From Eledone cirrhosa (Eukaryota), in the NCBI GenBank assembly GCA_964016885.1, contig OZ024741.1:93434001-93498000 (forward strand): a stretch of DNA of 64,000 nucleotides, given 5' to 3'. Under the pieces are notes generated by a model. The model was given only the letters and a program-made list of their open reading frames with translations. It did no database searches and had not been told where the DNA came from. Shown here piece after piece: positions 39,591 to 52,810 of this stretch (position 1 is the first letter of the stretch; every line of letters begins with the position of its first letter). The translations under genes and the position numbers were made by a program.

Positions 39591-40235
39591 AAACCTTCCT
39601 GTCAGATGGTTGAACGTCTGAAAGTATATACTTTCCTTATGCATATTAACGGCTGAGCAGCCTAATTTGCATATCGAGTGAGTTCAGTCGGCCGGGCGCA
39701 CCGAAAACGATAAATGGAATAGAATGAAACGAAATTTCATTTCTCACTCTTAGTACGGCACTTACTTAAATGTAAGTATGTATACGTACATAAATATATG
39801 TATACAGACGTACAGTAGTATGTATATATATACATACATGCACACATATATATATGCACGTATCGGTTTACCGAACATTTATTATAATGCTCGGTTTGTT
39901 TGTTTGTAAACAAACAAACAGCCCGAATTACGCCGTACAGTGTTTAGGCAACACAGATTTAATATAAAAGGTCTGTTTGGGAACAGGTTTTGAATTGACC
40001 AATAGAGAAGTAGTTAGAGGTCAAGTTGATAGAATAGTGGTAGTAGAAATTTAATTTAGGGGTAGAGGAGTGCAGACTTATGTTTTGAATGAAAAGAATG
40101 CTTTGAATGAAAAGAATACTTTGGGGATGAAAAGAGGTCAAGCCAGTGAAGGGTACACGAAAATTTGATGTTATTAAAGAATAATGTTAAAAACGAAGGA
40201 AAATAAAATTTTAGGGTAAGGGTATTAGTGAGAAA

Positions 40236-40913
40236 TACCTCTGTATTTTATTTACTTTATTCTTAACTCTGAAGCCGAGAATCATTCGGTCTCCTAAATA
40301 GAATTTTAATCTACGACTTCAGTTATACCATTTACGTGGTTTTGTCTTTGCGTGTAATTGTTCTCTTTGCTCCACATAATGACGTATTATCTTCGTTTTT
40401 TCTGTTCATTACTAGAGAACGTCTCCATGAACCATCTAATAGAATATTAGTCTACGACTTCATTTATACCATAAACATGGTTTTGTCTTCGCGTGTAATT
40501 GTTTTCACTGCACCAAATAATTGTTTCTACTTTAGGCACAAGGCCAGCAATTATCCCAGTGTATTACTGGTACTTTATTTTATCAACCCCGTGAGGATGA
40601 AAGGCAAAGTTAACCAAATAATGACGTATTATCTTCGTTTTTTTCCGTTCTTTGCCCGGGAACGTTTCCACGAACCAAAGTATCGTCTTCCTGTCTTCCT
40701 TCGGTTGCAACGTTTTTTGAAATATTTACTTCTGCGTTCACAGATTGACTTTTTTAGTTTCAGAAGATCCCGTTAAGGGTGAAAGCAGCGATTCTTTGCT
40801 TAAACTTTAATCTGTTATTTTAATAAATATTTGCTCTACGGTTCTTATATATCTGATATATATTTATCCTTATCGAGCCCTCTTTGGATTTTTGTCTTCA
40901 AATTTATTATTAT

Positions 40914-40918
<5 letters not shown>
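40236..40918 (+). repeat. second copy of the Penelope-like element's upstream region (23680-24113), with internal duplication and a SINE fragment
   Basis: Direct sequence similarity, e.g. gaagccgagaatcattcgg...cagaagatcccgttaagggtgaaagcagcgattc. Confidence 0.85.
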
Positions 40919-40947
<29 letters not shown>

Positions 40948-41219
40948 GTTTCTACTTTTGGCACAAGGCCAGCGATTATTCCAGTACATTACTGGTACTT
41001 TATTTTATCGACCCCCTAAGGATGAAAGGCAAAGTTAACCTAGACGGGATTTGAACTGAAACCGTAAAGGGACGTAACTATGCTAGAAAGCATGGCTTCC
41101 AACTCTCTACCGATGCAGTGTAGTGTGCTAAAGGAAATCTAAAATTTGGAGAGCATACAATCTGTGGAAAAAGTTTGTGGTAGATAGTTGTTTATTAAAC
41201 TTAGTACACATTAACTATG

Positions 41220-41480
41220 AAGGTGTGTGGCTTATTAGGATGCTGGATTCACAATCGAGAGGTTGTGAGTCCAATACTCAGACTGGGCAGTGCATTGTGA
41301 CCTTGAGTAAGACACTTTATTTCACATTGCTCCTGTTAACTCAGTTGTAGAAATTAGTTGTGATGTTCGTGGTGGCAAGCTGTATCAGCATTTGCCTTTC
41401 CATTGGACAACATCAGTTGAGATTTGAGTGCTTGGGCGACTGCTGGTCTAGGTGCAAAACCCATGGTCACATTGTCATTC
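41220..41480 (+). mobile_element. second tRNA-derived SINE family (Meta-like core)
   Basis: Core ccttgag(c/t)aagacactttatttcacattgctcc; related copies near 7030, 22850 and 56460-56740. Confidence 0.7.
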
Positions 41481-41837
41481 ATAACTGAAAGGTCCTTACA
41501 CTAACTGTGGTATTGTTTAAATTCATTGTCACTTCCAAGATTTTTCACATTTTCCACTAAGGAAGGTGATGGTGTTGCTGCTGAAGGGACAAACGTTGTG
41601 GGAATGTGAAACAAGTGGCCTGTCAATGTGCTTGAAGAAAGAGATCGAGGATTGGATTGGGGAAGAGATGAAGGGGGAGGGATAGCATCAGATTAAAGAA
41701 GACAGAAAGCATGTATGTTTTTAAGACTGAGAAGCAAAGTGGAGAAATAGTGAGTGGAAAGGGGAGGCGATTATGGGTGGGAGGGATGTAGAAATAAAAG
41801 ACTGTTGGTGCATCTTCAACTCTATTATTATTTTCAT

Positions 41838-42026
41838 AGGGCGGTGGATTGGCAGTATCGGTAGAGGGTCGGACGCCATGCTTTGCAGCAAAGAGTTACG
41901 TCCCTTTATGGTCTGAGTTCAAATCCCGCCGAGGTTAACTTTGCCTTTCATCCTTACGGGGTCGATAAAATAAAGTACCAGTAATACACTGGCATTATTG
42001 CTGGCCTTGTGCCAAAAGTAGAAATA
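41838..42026 (+). mobile_element. tRNA-derived SINE with Nin/Deu-like core (full copy; about 13 copies in the window)
   Basis: A box TGGCAGTATCGG, B box GAGTTCAAATCCC, core gcctttcatccttacggggtcgataaa. Other copies near 13105, 22330, 23122, 40520, 40945, 44380, 51858, 52286, 52470, 53908, 59130 and 63235. Confidence 0.88.
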
Positions 42027-42333
42027 ATTATTATTTTCATATATATATATATTTACATACGCACACATATATATGTATAAGTGGTATAATTTATAGGAAG
42101 CATTGTGATATATGTAAGCAAGAAAGAATTGGGTAAGTCAGTACAATGCAAATTGGAAATTTATTTCCTACTCACATTGTACTGACTTTCCCAATACTTT
42201 TTTAATTATACACACACACACACACATATATATATATACGCACCAGAGTACTTAATACTTAGGGTAGTAGAGTGGGAAATAGGAAAAAGTATGACCCCGA
42301 CGACAGAGCTCAAGCCGTCGGGGTCATACTTTT

Positions 42334-42370
<37 letters not shown>

Positions 42371-43245
42371 AATAAATAAAATATAGAGTTATTAACTCAT
42401 ATTGATACCCTGCAATTAACAAGCTGAAAGTATAAATACTGAGCATTATAATATTAATATGTGTAGAAGTAAACACAGTAAATTCTGCGTCTAAAATTAC
42501 GAGGGTAGATTTCACCACAAATGTTATATATATTTAAACTGAAGCATACAGCATGGTACAAGATTTCCTATACATACCGTATCAATAACGATTTCATCTC
42601 TCGAATAGACTAAAGATTTAATCTGTTTCGCCCTGAAAAAATTGTTTGTAACAAGTAAAACTTGGGCATTTCGTCAGCGAGAGATAAGATTAAATGATAC
42701 AGAACACCTATAACAAGAAACTCACGGAAACAGATTTAGTAGAACATATCCTTTTGACCCCCCCCCCAAAAAAAAATCTGTACTGAAGTCATGCATAGTC
42801 TGCAAATATTAAGCCTACAAATTATCTGCAAAACCAGGAACATAGTATATAGCATAAGATGTACTGATGGGGAGTGTAGGAATAAGAACACAACTTACAT
42901 AGGTAAAACAGCCCATAGCATAATAGCATAAGAGAAAGGATAAATGAACATTCCAAGATGGAAAGGATAAATGAACATTCCAAGATGGAAAGAACTCATC
43001 AGTACTCCACCTACATGCCAAAAAACATACAAAGACACACAAGAACCAAACAAATAAAACAAACCAGGCACACACAAATAGAACAAGCAACCAACTAGTG
43101 ACAAGTAAATAAATGTATAAATAAATAAATAAAAACACACACATACCCGGATATAACGCATGCGCACCCAAATATACAGCACACAACAACAAAAACAAGA
43201 TGGTGTAGGACAGATTAAAGGAGAGAGAGACAAAATAACAAATCA

Positions 43246-43288
43246 GTCACTGAGGAGGTCACAGAATTTGTGATGAAAGAACTTTGAC
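43246..43288 (+). ncRNA. minimal type I hammerhead-like motif (third family)
   Basis: GTCA-CTGAGGA-G-GTCACA-GAATT-TGTGAT-GAA-AGAACT-T-TGAC. Confidence 0.55.
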
Positions 43289-43412
43289 AATAAATAAACA
43301 ACCATCTGGTCATTAAACCAACCATCTGGAAATTTGTAATAAATTGAAGTGAAAACTAACAGGTGTATGTGTTTTTATTGGTAGCATGACCCTCTTAAAG
43401 TATAACTATATA

Positions 43413-43528
43413 CAAGGAGGCTGCGAAAAGTTCATGGAAAAAGTACATAACTAAAAATCATATACATTTATAACTTAAACGGATTTTTCAAACTGATCTT
43501 TTTCCACGAACTTTTTGACGCCCCCTCG
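43413..43528. mobile_element. mariner-like MITE
   Basis: TA-flanked imperfect ~30-bp TIRs (caaggaggctgcgaaaagttcatggaaaaag / ctttttccacgaactttttgacgccccctcg). Confidence 0.65.
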
Positions 43529-44341
43529 TATATATAGAAGACGAACCTATATATGAGGTTTGAAAGTATACAGTTATATAAATGCTATAGATCAGACAAT
43601 ATGTGAATATTATCAACCCTCCGAAACGATCGTAAAACAATGATATGGATAGGTACAATAACTTGACTTTGTTGCTATTTTCATTGTTAAATTAATATCT
43701 AATATCTGACTCTGTATCTAAGGAATTAACTCAGCGGAACACGGAACTTTTCTATGGATTTTACTGGATTACTCGCTATCAGATTACATTGAGTTCTATC
43801 TACGGTACGGACTCTACCACCAAGAGTAGACCACACTGAAATATATATATATATGTCTCAGTATTCCTTTACAATTCTTTTTTTTTTCTTTTTAGAATGG
43901 TTGAGATCTATAACGACAATTTATTTCGAAATATACCTCATTTCGATTTCCCTGCCAGCACAGTCCCTAGGTGAACTAAAGGTCGTTCTCCCACCCCTGA
44001 CGTCGCTACTTGCTGCCAACTACCTTTGCTATGGTAGTATTAACTGACTTATGCGCGGAACTGGACTTGGATACTGACGAAACACTGCAGTAATTTGGCA
44101 GGCATATTTGCACTTATGTTGCCACTGCATCTAGCAGATACGAATTGCATCTGCTGGTGCAGTCAGCACTTGCAGAAGCCAATTAGGTCCGGGACAAAAC
44201 TACGTGAAACAGCTCCATTACAAATATACATTTTGTTAGCAATCTGAGAATGGTTGGTTCGTGTGTACGTTCAAGCTATTTCTTATTGAGTGAGTAATTG
44301 AGAGCAACCGGGCTATAGAAATCTTTGTACTATCACCTCCG

Positions 44342-44378
<37 letters not shown>

Positions 44379-44652
44379 ATTGTTTCTACTTTTGGCACAA
44401 GGCCAGCAATTATTCCAGTGTATTACTGGTACTTTATTGTATCGACTCCGTAAGGATGAAAGGCAAAGTTAACCTCGGCGGGATTATAATATAATATAAT
44501 ATAATATATATATATATATATTATATACGTATATATTAATCTATCTCAAACAAGGCTCAGAATTAACTATAGGGAAGATCACATTAGAGTACCTTAAAAT
44601 ACCTTAAAAAGCTAAATATCTAGTGCTCATCGAATTAATTACTTCTAACTGC

Positions 44653-44869
<217 letters not shown>

Positions 44870-45205
44870 AATGTTTGTATATGTTTGTTCTTAGAGGAAC
44901 AAAGGCAGACAGATTTCTGTATTCAGATTGGAGCCAATCCTTATCATTAGGTTTCTCTTTAGCTTACAGGTGTCTGTAAGATCAGTATGGGGTCAGTCAT
45001 GGTAGATAGATTTGGAGGAAGGGGAGATTCCTTAAAAGCTAAATTCTTAAAGGTTCTAGTAAATTGACGAAGGTTTAGGGAATACTGTAGACATTTTCTA
45101 AGTATAATCTAATTCACGAGACACTTGCACGCACACACATGTGTATGGGGGAAATATATTTATATTTGTATACGCGTGCGTGCGTGCGCGCATACACATG
45201 CGCGC

Positions 45206-45239
<34 letters not shown>

Positions 45240-45348
45240 TTGTATACATATACAGATTCTCATCTATATTAAAACTTTCATGCTCTGCGGTGTACTGAGT
45301 GCCTTGCTTACTGTGGTTGCCTCCGATTCAACCCGGAATGTGTGTGTA

Positions 45349-45416
<68 letters not shown>

Positions 45417-46271
45417 TTTATGTTTTTTCGTGTATGTGTAGTCTTATTTTATTTTTCCTTTCCTTCTTCCTTCTCCAGCCTCACTTTCATATAGCTTGCT
45501 TTTTTTGTTTTTTTTAAGATCCAAATTCAATAAACAAACCAGGATTTTTTCATTCTGAGGATTGAAAGCAAAACCTTTTGCTTTTAAGAAACCACTGGTA
45601 AATGGAATAATTGCCTTATGTTGTTTATTACATAATAATATATATATATATATATTTAAAATATAAAAAAAAAATAGGGGTGTGACACACGAGTTGTGAT
45701 ATATTAGTAAAAAGGAAAAGAAAATGCTGACAAATTTTTTCCCAGTGAAAGATTTGTCACCATTTTCTTTTCCTTTTTACTAATATATATATATATATAT
45801 ATATAATCATCATTGTTTAATGCTTATTTTCTATGCTTGCATTGGTTAAACAGCTGTCACATCCTAAGGTTAGGTGACTAGGTCCTACACGTACATTTTG
45901 TTTTGGTTTGGTCTGCATAGCTGGATACCCTTCCTAACACCAACCACTTTACAGCATGTACTGGGAACATAGTTTACTGGGAACATAGATGCCCTTCTTA
46001 ATATCAACCACAAGACTAAGTGCTTTTCGTCATAGCACCAACACTACCACCAGTTTTCTTGGTTTTGAAGTACAGACATTGCACTACTCGAGGTGATCTT
46101 GAAGCAAGTGAATGGTGTCTGACATGTCGGGTGTGCTTGGCTTCCTTGATGGCCTTAAAGGGGATATTTATATATTGCTTGTGGTGGTGGCAGTGGGGCT
46201 ATTCTCTTCTCCCTCCCAACTGTGTGGGAAAGGTAACAATTTTGCCAGTGAAAAAGAGAGATTTATTTGCC

Positions 46272-49200
46272 TTTAGAATGTTAGTATCAGTGTATATACA
46301 TTATTAAGAATGACAATAAATGCAGGTGAGTGTTGTGACATGGTTTTACTTCACAGAATAGAAATAATTTTTACCGCATGTTGCGATGGCGAGTTGGTCT
46401 CAACTCCCAGACTGGAGCGTGTAGAGAAGAGAGAGAGAAAGCAGAAATCTTCTCTCGGCAAGGTCTGGAGTGGTTCTTCTTGCTGCGGCGTAGAAAGTGA
46501 GAGAGAATGCCTTGATGTTCTCAAATATATAGTCCCCAGGGGGACGCAACTCCATTTAGTACATGGATCTGCCACTGGGAGTCGCGACCGTCACAAAGGG
46601 ACGCAACTCCTATACGTTCTGAGTTCCAGCCGTAAGGGGTCGCTACAGTACCCTCCTCCAAACGATAGGCGAAAAGCCCGAAGGTAACTGTAGCGAACCC
46701 ACAAGCATGGGCTCCTAGCACAAGCATGAAATATTAACGAAAAGAGAAAAACAAAAAAGAGGCTCCAGTGGCCAGTTCACATGAAAACAGTTTGGCAGAG
46801 TTTTTTGGGCCAGTGGACTCTTCGACCGGAACGGGTCGTGGTCTTGTATGTAGGTGAAGGTGGGGCAGTCTCAGCAGTAATGTCTTTTATGGGGATGGTT
46901 TCAGGCCATCGCGAAAAACGATCGATGCAGGTCAAGAGGTAAGAATATCCACTACTGAATGGCCAAGGTCCAACGATATCAATGTGGATGTGTTGAAACC
47001 GAGCATCTGGAGTAATGAAAGTACCAAGTGGAGTCCGGATGTGTCTATCTCTGACACTGTGTGCAGGAACGGCACCAGACAGTAATTTCTCGCCTCATAT
47101 TGGGCCAGAAAAATCTAGCCGTTATGAGCTTTACTTTTGCTGAAATTCCTGGGTGAGAAATGCTGTGCAAAGCAAGGAACACAATTCGACAGTGAGTCTC
47201 AGAAACATAAGGTCGTGTTGAATCCGTAGATACATCACATAGAATCTGCCTGTCGGTGGTCGACAAGGGCAGATATTTGAAGATGCAAGTCGCAAACTCG
47301 CAGAAAGAGTATCCAACGATTAGAGTGCAGGTTGGTCTGCAGCTAAACGACTTAAGTCGATCTCCTGGGATGACGAGATGGAGCTGATTAGCAAACGTGA
47401 CAATGCGGCTGCAGCTATGTTAAGCGAGCCAGCAATGTGCTGGATATCATTTGTAAATTGCGAAACGTAATCCAGGTGCCTTGTCTCTCTGGGCGAATAT
47501 CTGTCGGCTTTAGCCCTCAAAGCGAAGGTCAGAGGTTTGTGGTCAGTTAAAACAGTAAAATTTCTCCCCTCAAGAATATGAGAGATATGTTTCACCGACA
47601 GATATATGGCTAATAATTCCCGCCCAAACGTGCTGTAACGCGTTTCTGCTGGTTTCAGCTTCCTTGAGAAAAATGCCAAAGGTTGTTGGTTTCCAGCGTT
47701 GTACTGCTGTAAAACTGTTCCCACAGCGGTATCAGATGCATCAACACAAAGCGAAAGCTTGGCCTCTGGCACCGGGTGGGCTAGCAAAGATGAACTAGCA
47801 AGTGCTGTCTTGGCAGTCTGGAAGTCTTTAAGCTGTCCTTGTGTCAAGGAAATATCATTATTCTTCTTACGACGATTTTTCAAAATGTCAGTAAGGGAAG
47901 ATAGCAAATTAGCACAATGAGGAACGAAACGCCTATCGAAATTGATTAGGCCTAAGAAGTGACGCAACTGGTGAAGTGTAGTAGGCAGAGGTAAATCCTG
48001 TATGGCTTGAACTCGCTGAGGGAGCGGCCTAATAGCTTCGGCGTCGATGAGGTGGCCTAAAAAATTTAGCGAAGTGGAACCGAAAATACACTTTGCGGGA
48101 TTCACACGAACGCGGTAATCCTGAAGTCGCCGAAATAAGAGATGCATGTGGCGCATATGCTCTTCCGGGGAGGAACTAGCGACGAGAAGATCGTCTATGT
48201 AAGCATAAACGAAGTTCAGACCACGAGTGACTTCGTCTATGAACCGCTGAAAAGTGCTAGCGGCGTTCCTGAGTCCGAATGGCATGGTAAAAAATTCGAA
48301 GGATCCGAAAGGAGTTGTAATCGCCGTTTTCGGAATATCCTCATTCCTGACCGGGATTTGGTGGTAGGCTCGCACTAAATCTAGTTTTGAGAAAATCTTA
48401 CACCCCTGCAATGACGATGCGAAACCTACCCGGGACGGTCATAGCATTTAACCTCCTATAATCCCCATTGGGTCTCCAGTCGCCGGAAGTCTTGGGCACC
48501 ATGTGTAACGGTGAAGCCCAAGGACTCGTAGATGGGCGAATAATGCCCAGCTGCAGCATATGGTCGAACTCGGACCGTGCTGCCTTTAATTTGTCCGTGC
48601 TGCCTTTAAGTTGTGGAGGAAATCCGCTCCTAAGATAGGGTATGGCAAATCGGCAACCGTAAAAATCCACTTAAAATCCCTACGAAGATTTAGGAATTTG
48701 AGAGGAAGCGAGATTTGTCCGTACGTCTTTATAGACGAGTGATTAACGGTCTGCAGAGTAACGGATGACTCCACCGGGGTATCTTTCAGGCAATGGACCG
48801 GTCAAATACTACAGGGGGCTGCTGTATCCACGAGGAAACCTCTTCCCAACATAAGGTCTTTAATGAAGAAATGGCGGTTTGGTGGCTTTATGTTGAGGTC
48901 AACTGCTCCCATCAGCGGACCTCTTTGGCGTTTCCCGCCTTATGAAACGAGCAAGGTTGCATGCAGTGGTTCGCGCTCTCGGCAAAACGCTCATGGTACC
49001 AGCATAAAGATGAAGCTGGTGACCTGGGGCGGCGTCTAAAAGATTGAGATCTCCCGCAGCTGCAAACGGGCACCACACCAGACCTTCATCTTCTGGAGCT
49101 CCAGGGTGAGTTCCTGAATGGCCTTCTGCATCGCCATAATAGCTGAGCTGTCTGTAGGAGCTGCCGCGCAGATGGCATGGCCAAGTGTGGCCTGAGCTGG

Positions 49201-50650
49201 TTGGGAAACAGCGGCAAGGACTTCGCTGCCTCCAGCACCCTTGATTTCAAAAACTTTGTCCGCGGAGGCGGCAAGCTGATCCACTGTGCAAGTATCGCTA
49301 ATGGGGGCCAAAATTGCCTGTACGTTGGTCGGTAGGCGCGAGAAGAACAACTGCTTCAACATGGTAGATTCCGCTACCGACCCCTCCGTTAGGTCCTTCA
49401 TTCGCCTTAGGAGGTTCGATGGGGTGCCATCACCGATATGCTCCAGGTGGACCAGAGCCCTAAATCTTTTCTCTGCAGACTGTGCAGTCCGGCTGAGTAT
49501 TTCCAGCCTTCAGAGACTTGTACGTCGCGTCGGTGGGTGTATCTAACACCAGGTCCTTAATCACTGGGATAAGTGCCGGCGGAATTAAACTAAGGACTAG
49601 GGGACGTTGTGCTTCGTCAATTCTGTTCACCTCGAAAAATGCCTCGAGTTGGGCGAACCATAACCTTACGTCGCCCGTGTACATAGGTAGAACAGAATGA
49701 GATGCCATTGGTATACCGTAGGTAATCTGCAAAAATCGTCTCCGTTTGGAAAAATGTCTCCAACACGAGGGAAAAGGAAAACAAAATCGCTTGTTTTTCT
49801 GTCAAACAACTGGACAGGAAAAAATGCATCCAAGACAACATGTAAAGGAGCGACTAACCAAGCGATGTCATTAACAAGGTATAGGCAGGGAATTTAAAAC
49901 TAAAACCAATATGGCGGACGATTTCGCGCCAAAAACACTATTGATGCAGAAGAAAGTCGACATTTTGTCATCCTCAAAAATTTTACCCAGAGAAAAGAAG
50001 AAAAGAAGAAAAGAAGAAAAGAAAAAAAAACATTCATACAATTGTTGCTAGGAAACTAGCGGCAATAGCATCTTATTTTTTTTTTTTGTGTGTAAATAAA
50101 TGGAATCTTCGCTTTGCACATATGAGGAGTTTGATTGTTAAATGTTACAGATAAAGATGCTGAAATCAGTAAAATACAGCCAGATCAGAATGAAGCGTGT
50201 TGTTCTGTATTAATGTTTTTTTCTTTCTTTTTTTTTATATACACGATACCACTTCCTATTTATTTTTTTTTTCGGTGTCACCAATTTAGAATGTTAGTAT
50301 CAGTGTATATACATTATTAAGAATGACAATAAATGCAGGTGAGTGTTGTGACATGGTTTTACTTCACAGAAGTCAAATAAATTAATAGAAATAATTTTTA
50401 CCACATGTTGCGATGGCGAGTTGGTCTCAACTCCCAGACTGGAGCGTGTAAAGAGAAAGCAGAAATCTTCTCTCGGCAAGGTCTGAAGTGGTTCTTCTTG
50501 CTGCGGCATAGGAAGTGAGAGAGAATGCCTTGATTTTCTCAGGGGGACGCAACTCCATTTAGTACATGGATCTGCCACTGGGAGTCGCGACCGTCACAAA
50601 GGGACGCAACTCCTATACGTTCTGAGTTCCAGCTGTAAGGGGTCGCTACA
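46272..50650 (-). mobile_element. decayed full-length CsRn1-like Gypsy element
   Basis: LTRs 50285-50650 and 46272-46647, TSD TGCC, PBS TGGTGAC at 50283, PPT 46648-46662, gag with CWYH..C..C, slippery GGGAAAC near 48930, RT/RH ORF 48411-47320 (YIDD, CVDAS, TDHKPL), truncated integrase. Confidence 0.93.
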
Positions 50651-51952
50651 TGCCCAAACAGTAAAGCCAAAGCATAACTTCCAACAGTGAGGTATGCACA
50701 AAATGCTATACATGATAAATTCCAATTTATCAAAACTTCCCCCTACAGACGAACAAGTAAAACAAAATCCTAGCCATAATTCTTGGCAACACAAATTGAA
50801 AAGAAGAAAATTATTTCAATAAATCTTGGTTGAATTAACATACTTGGTTTTTGTTTTCCTTCTCTGTTTGCAAACGTAATTCAATAAAATAATTTTAGTT
50901 ATTTATAGAATACAGAAACCTGAACAGAGCTAAATTAATTAGTCTATACAGTAATATGTCAACATTACTTATGTCTTCTCTAGCACTTCAACGAATACTG
51001 ACTTCCCACCATTCACTGGTAAAACTCTTCAGTTCATAAGTACCTCAAAGTCCAGTTAAATTGAATCACAAAATCTTTAGTATGGAAGACCTTCACTTGC
51101 TGAAGGTCAGGCCTAGAGAGAGCTGCCCACTGTCCATTTTAATAGGAGAGCACCTAGTGCATGGTAGATTCTGTGTGCAGTTATTCAGGTGGAAATATTC
51201 AGTTCGCTGTTCATGATTCTTGGACATTATATCAGTTACTACTGCTTACTTCAGCTCTGGTTTCCTACTCAAGTATATCTGTAGATTTGAAGCTGAACTA
51301 TTCCCGTAAGAAAAAGCATGCTGAGGTATGCACGAAGCTGTTCGCTCTTCTCTGTTCTGCATACAAATTGCTCAGTTGGTTAATCGTTTCAATTAGACAT
51401 GGCAAAAATAATTGAAAATGTTATCAATGAACTTTGCATGAAGTCTCAAAAGTATTTTAGATCCAGGAATATTTGTGAAAGCTTCTAAATTCTGATCAAC
51501 AACAAATTCCAACCATTCCACAGGTAAACAATATCTATATAGCTTAGAAATTCATCCAATTCAAAATTGGACAAGTCACCTGTGTGCACAGATAAAATAG
51601 AAATATCGCTTTGATTATCTGTACTGAAACCAATATTCTTCGCCATTACCAAAACATCGAAAACTTTCTTCCATACAATTTGAAATTATACCACAGAAAT
51701 GGAAAAGGTTTGCTCCCTTTGAAGAGAGAGAGAGAGAGAGTTACTAACTTTTAATTTCTTTGTAGAACATCCAATGTGAGGATTCATGCACCATAGGAAT
51801 TTGTAGAATAAATCCTGTACAGTACATCAAGAGTCAAACCATATTTGTACCAGAATAATGAAAGGCAAAGTTAACCTCGACGGGATTTGAACTCAGACCG
51901 TAAAGGGACGTAACTATGCTATCGATACTGCCAATTCACTGCCCTTTATAAA

Positions 51953-52287
51953 TAACTAGCTGGCGCCCGGCTAGGTATACCTGCCCCCACCACACCACTG
52001 CAAAGACACCACACACCCTCCCATGTCACATTTTCCTTCCGACTCTCTCTCTCTGAATAACTAACACTTTAATTGTATCTCTCTGTCTAACAGCCTATCC
52101 CTCTTTCCCCTCCCTGTTTTTCTGTCTCTGTAGATGTGTGTGATTATAGAGAGAGGGAAGAGCGACAGAGAGAGTAAAGCAGTTAAATTATAGAGAGAAT
52201 GAAGTGCAACGGAGAGAGTAAAGCTAAGAAACTATAGGGAGGTGTGTAGGATACATACACACGACACTCAGCTTTATAATATTAGAT
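51953..52287 (+). mobile_element. possible Helentron-associated (HINE/DINE-like) element
   Basis: Starts aactagc..cccggc, ends gctttataatattagat, with internal inverted CT/GA tracts. Confidence 0.4.
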
Positions 52288-52810
52288 TGTTTCTACTTTT
52301 GGCACAATACCAGCAATTACTGGTACTTTATTTTATCGACCCATAAGGATGAAAGGCAAAGTTAACCTCGATGGGATTTGAACTCAGACCGTAAAGGGAT
52401 GTAACTATGCTAGAAAGCATGGCGTCCAACCCTTTACCGATACTGCCAATTCACCGCCCTTTATAAATAATTATTTCTACTTTTAGCACAAGGGCAGCAA
52501 TTATTCAGTACATTACTGGTACTTTATTTTATCGACCCTGTAAGGACGAAAGGCAAAGTTAACCTCGGCGGGATTTGAACTCAGATCGTAAATGGACGTA
52601 ACTATGCTGGAAATCATGTCCGACCCTCTACCGATACTGCCAATTCACCGAAGATGAATACATGAAAATTTCAGATAAGATTCGAAACTGAATTTTCTAA
52701 AGGATATTGCAAACATTTTTTTATGGATTATTAATTCAAATAAACAATTTAATGCAATAAAATATGAACAAAAACTTTCTTAGTTAACATACACATACCT
52801 GGAAGTTTCT

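Larger units (their letters stand above)
37450..39953. mobile_element. tandem/inverted array of ~0.5 kb hammerhead-containing units (retrozyme-like or Penelope pseudo-LTR array)
   Basis: Units: minus 37450-37815; plus 37816-38299, 38300-38803 and 38804-~39247; diverged minus ~39323-39953. Embedded in (TA)n, with no credible ORF. Confidence 0.85.

Noticed and set aside
41838-41930. tRNA gene
   Set aside because: The A and B boxes belong to a multicopy SINE head; the spacing is too long and there is no cloverleaf.
42615-42685. Minus-strand CTGACGA..GCCC..GGGC GAAA motif
   Set aside because: Stems I and III cannot be formed; at best a decayed hammerhead.
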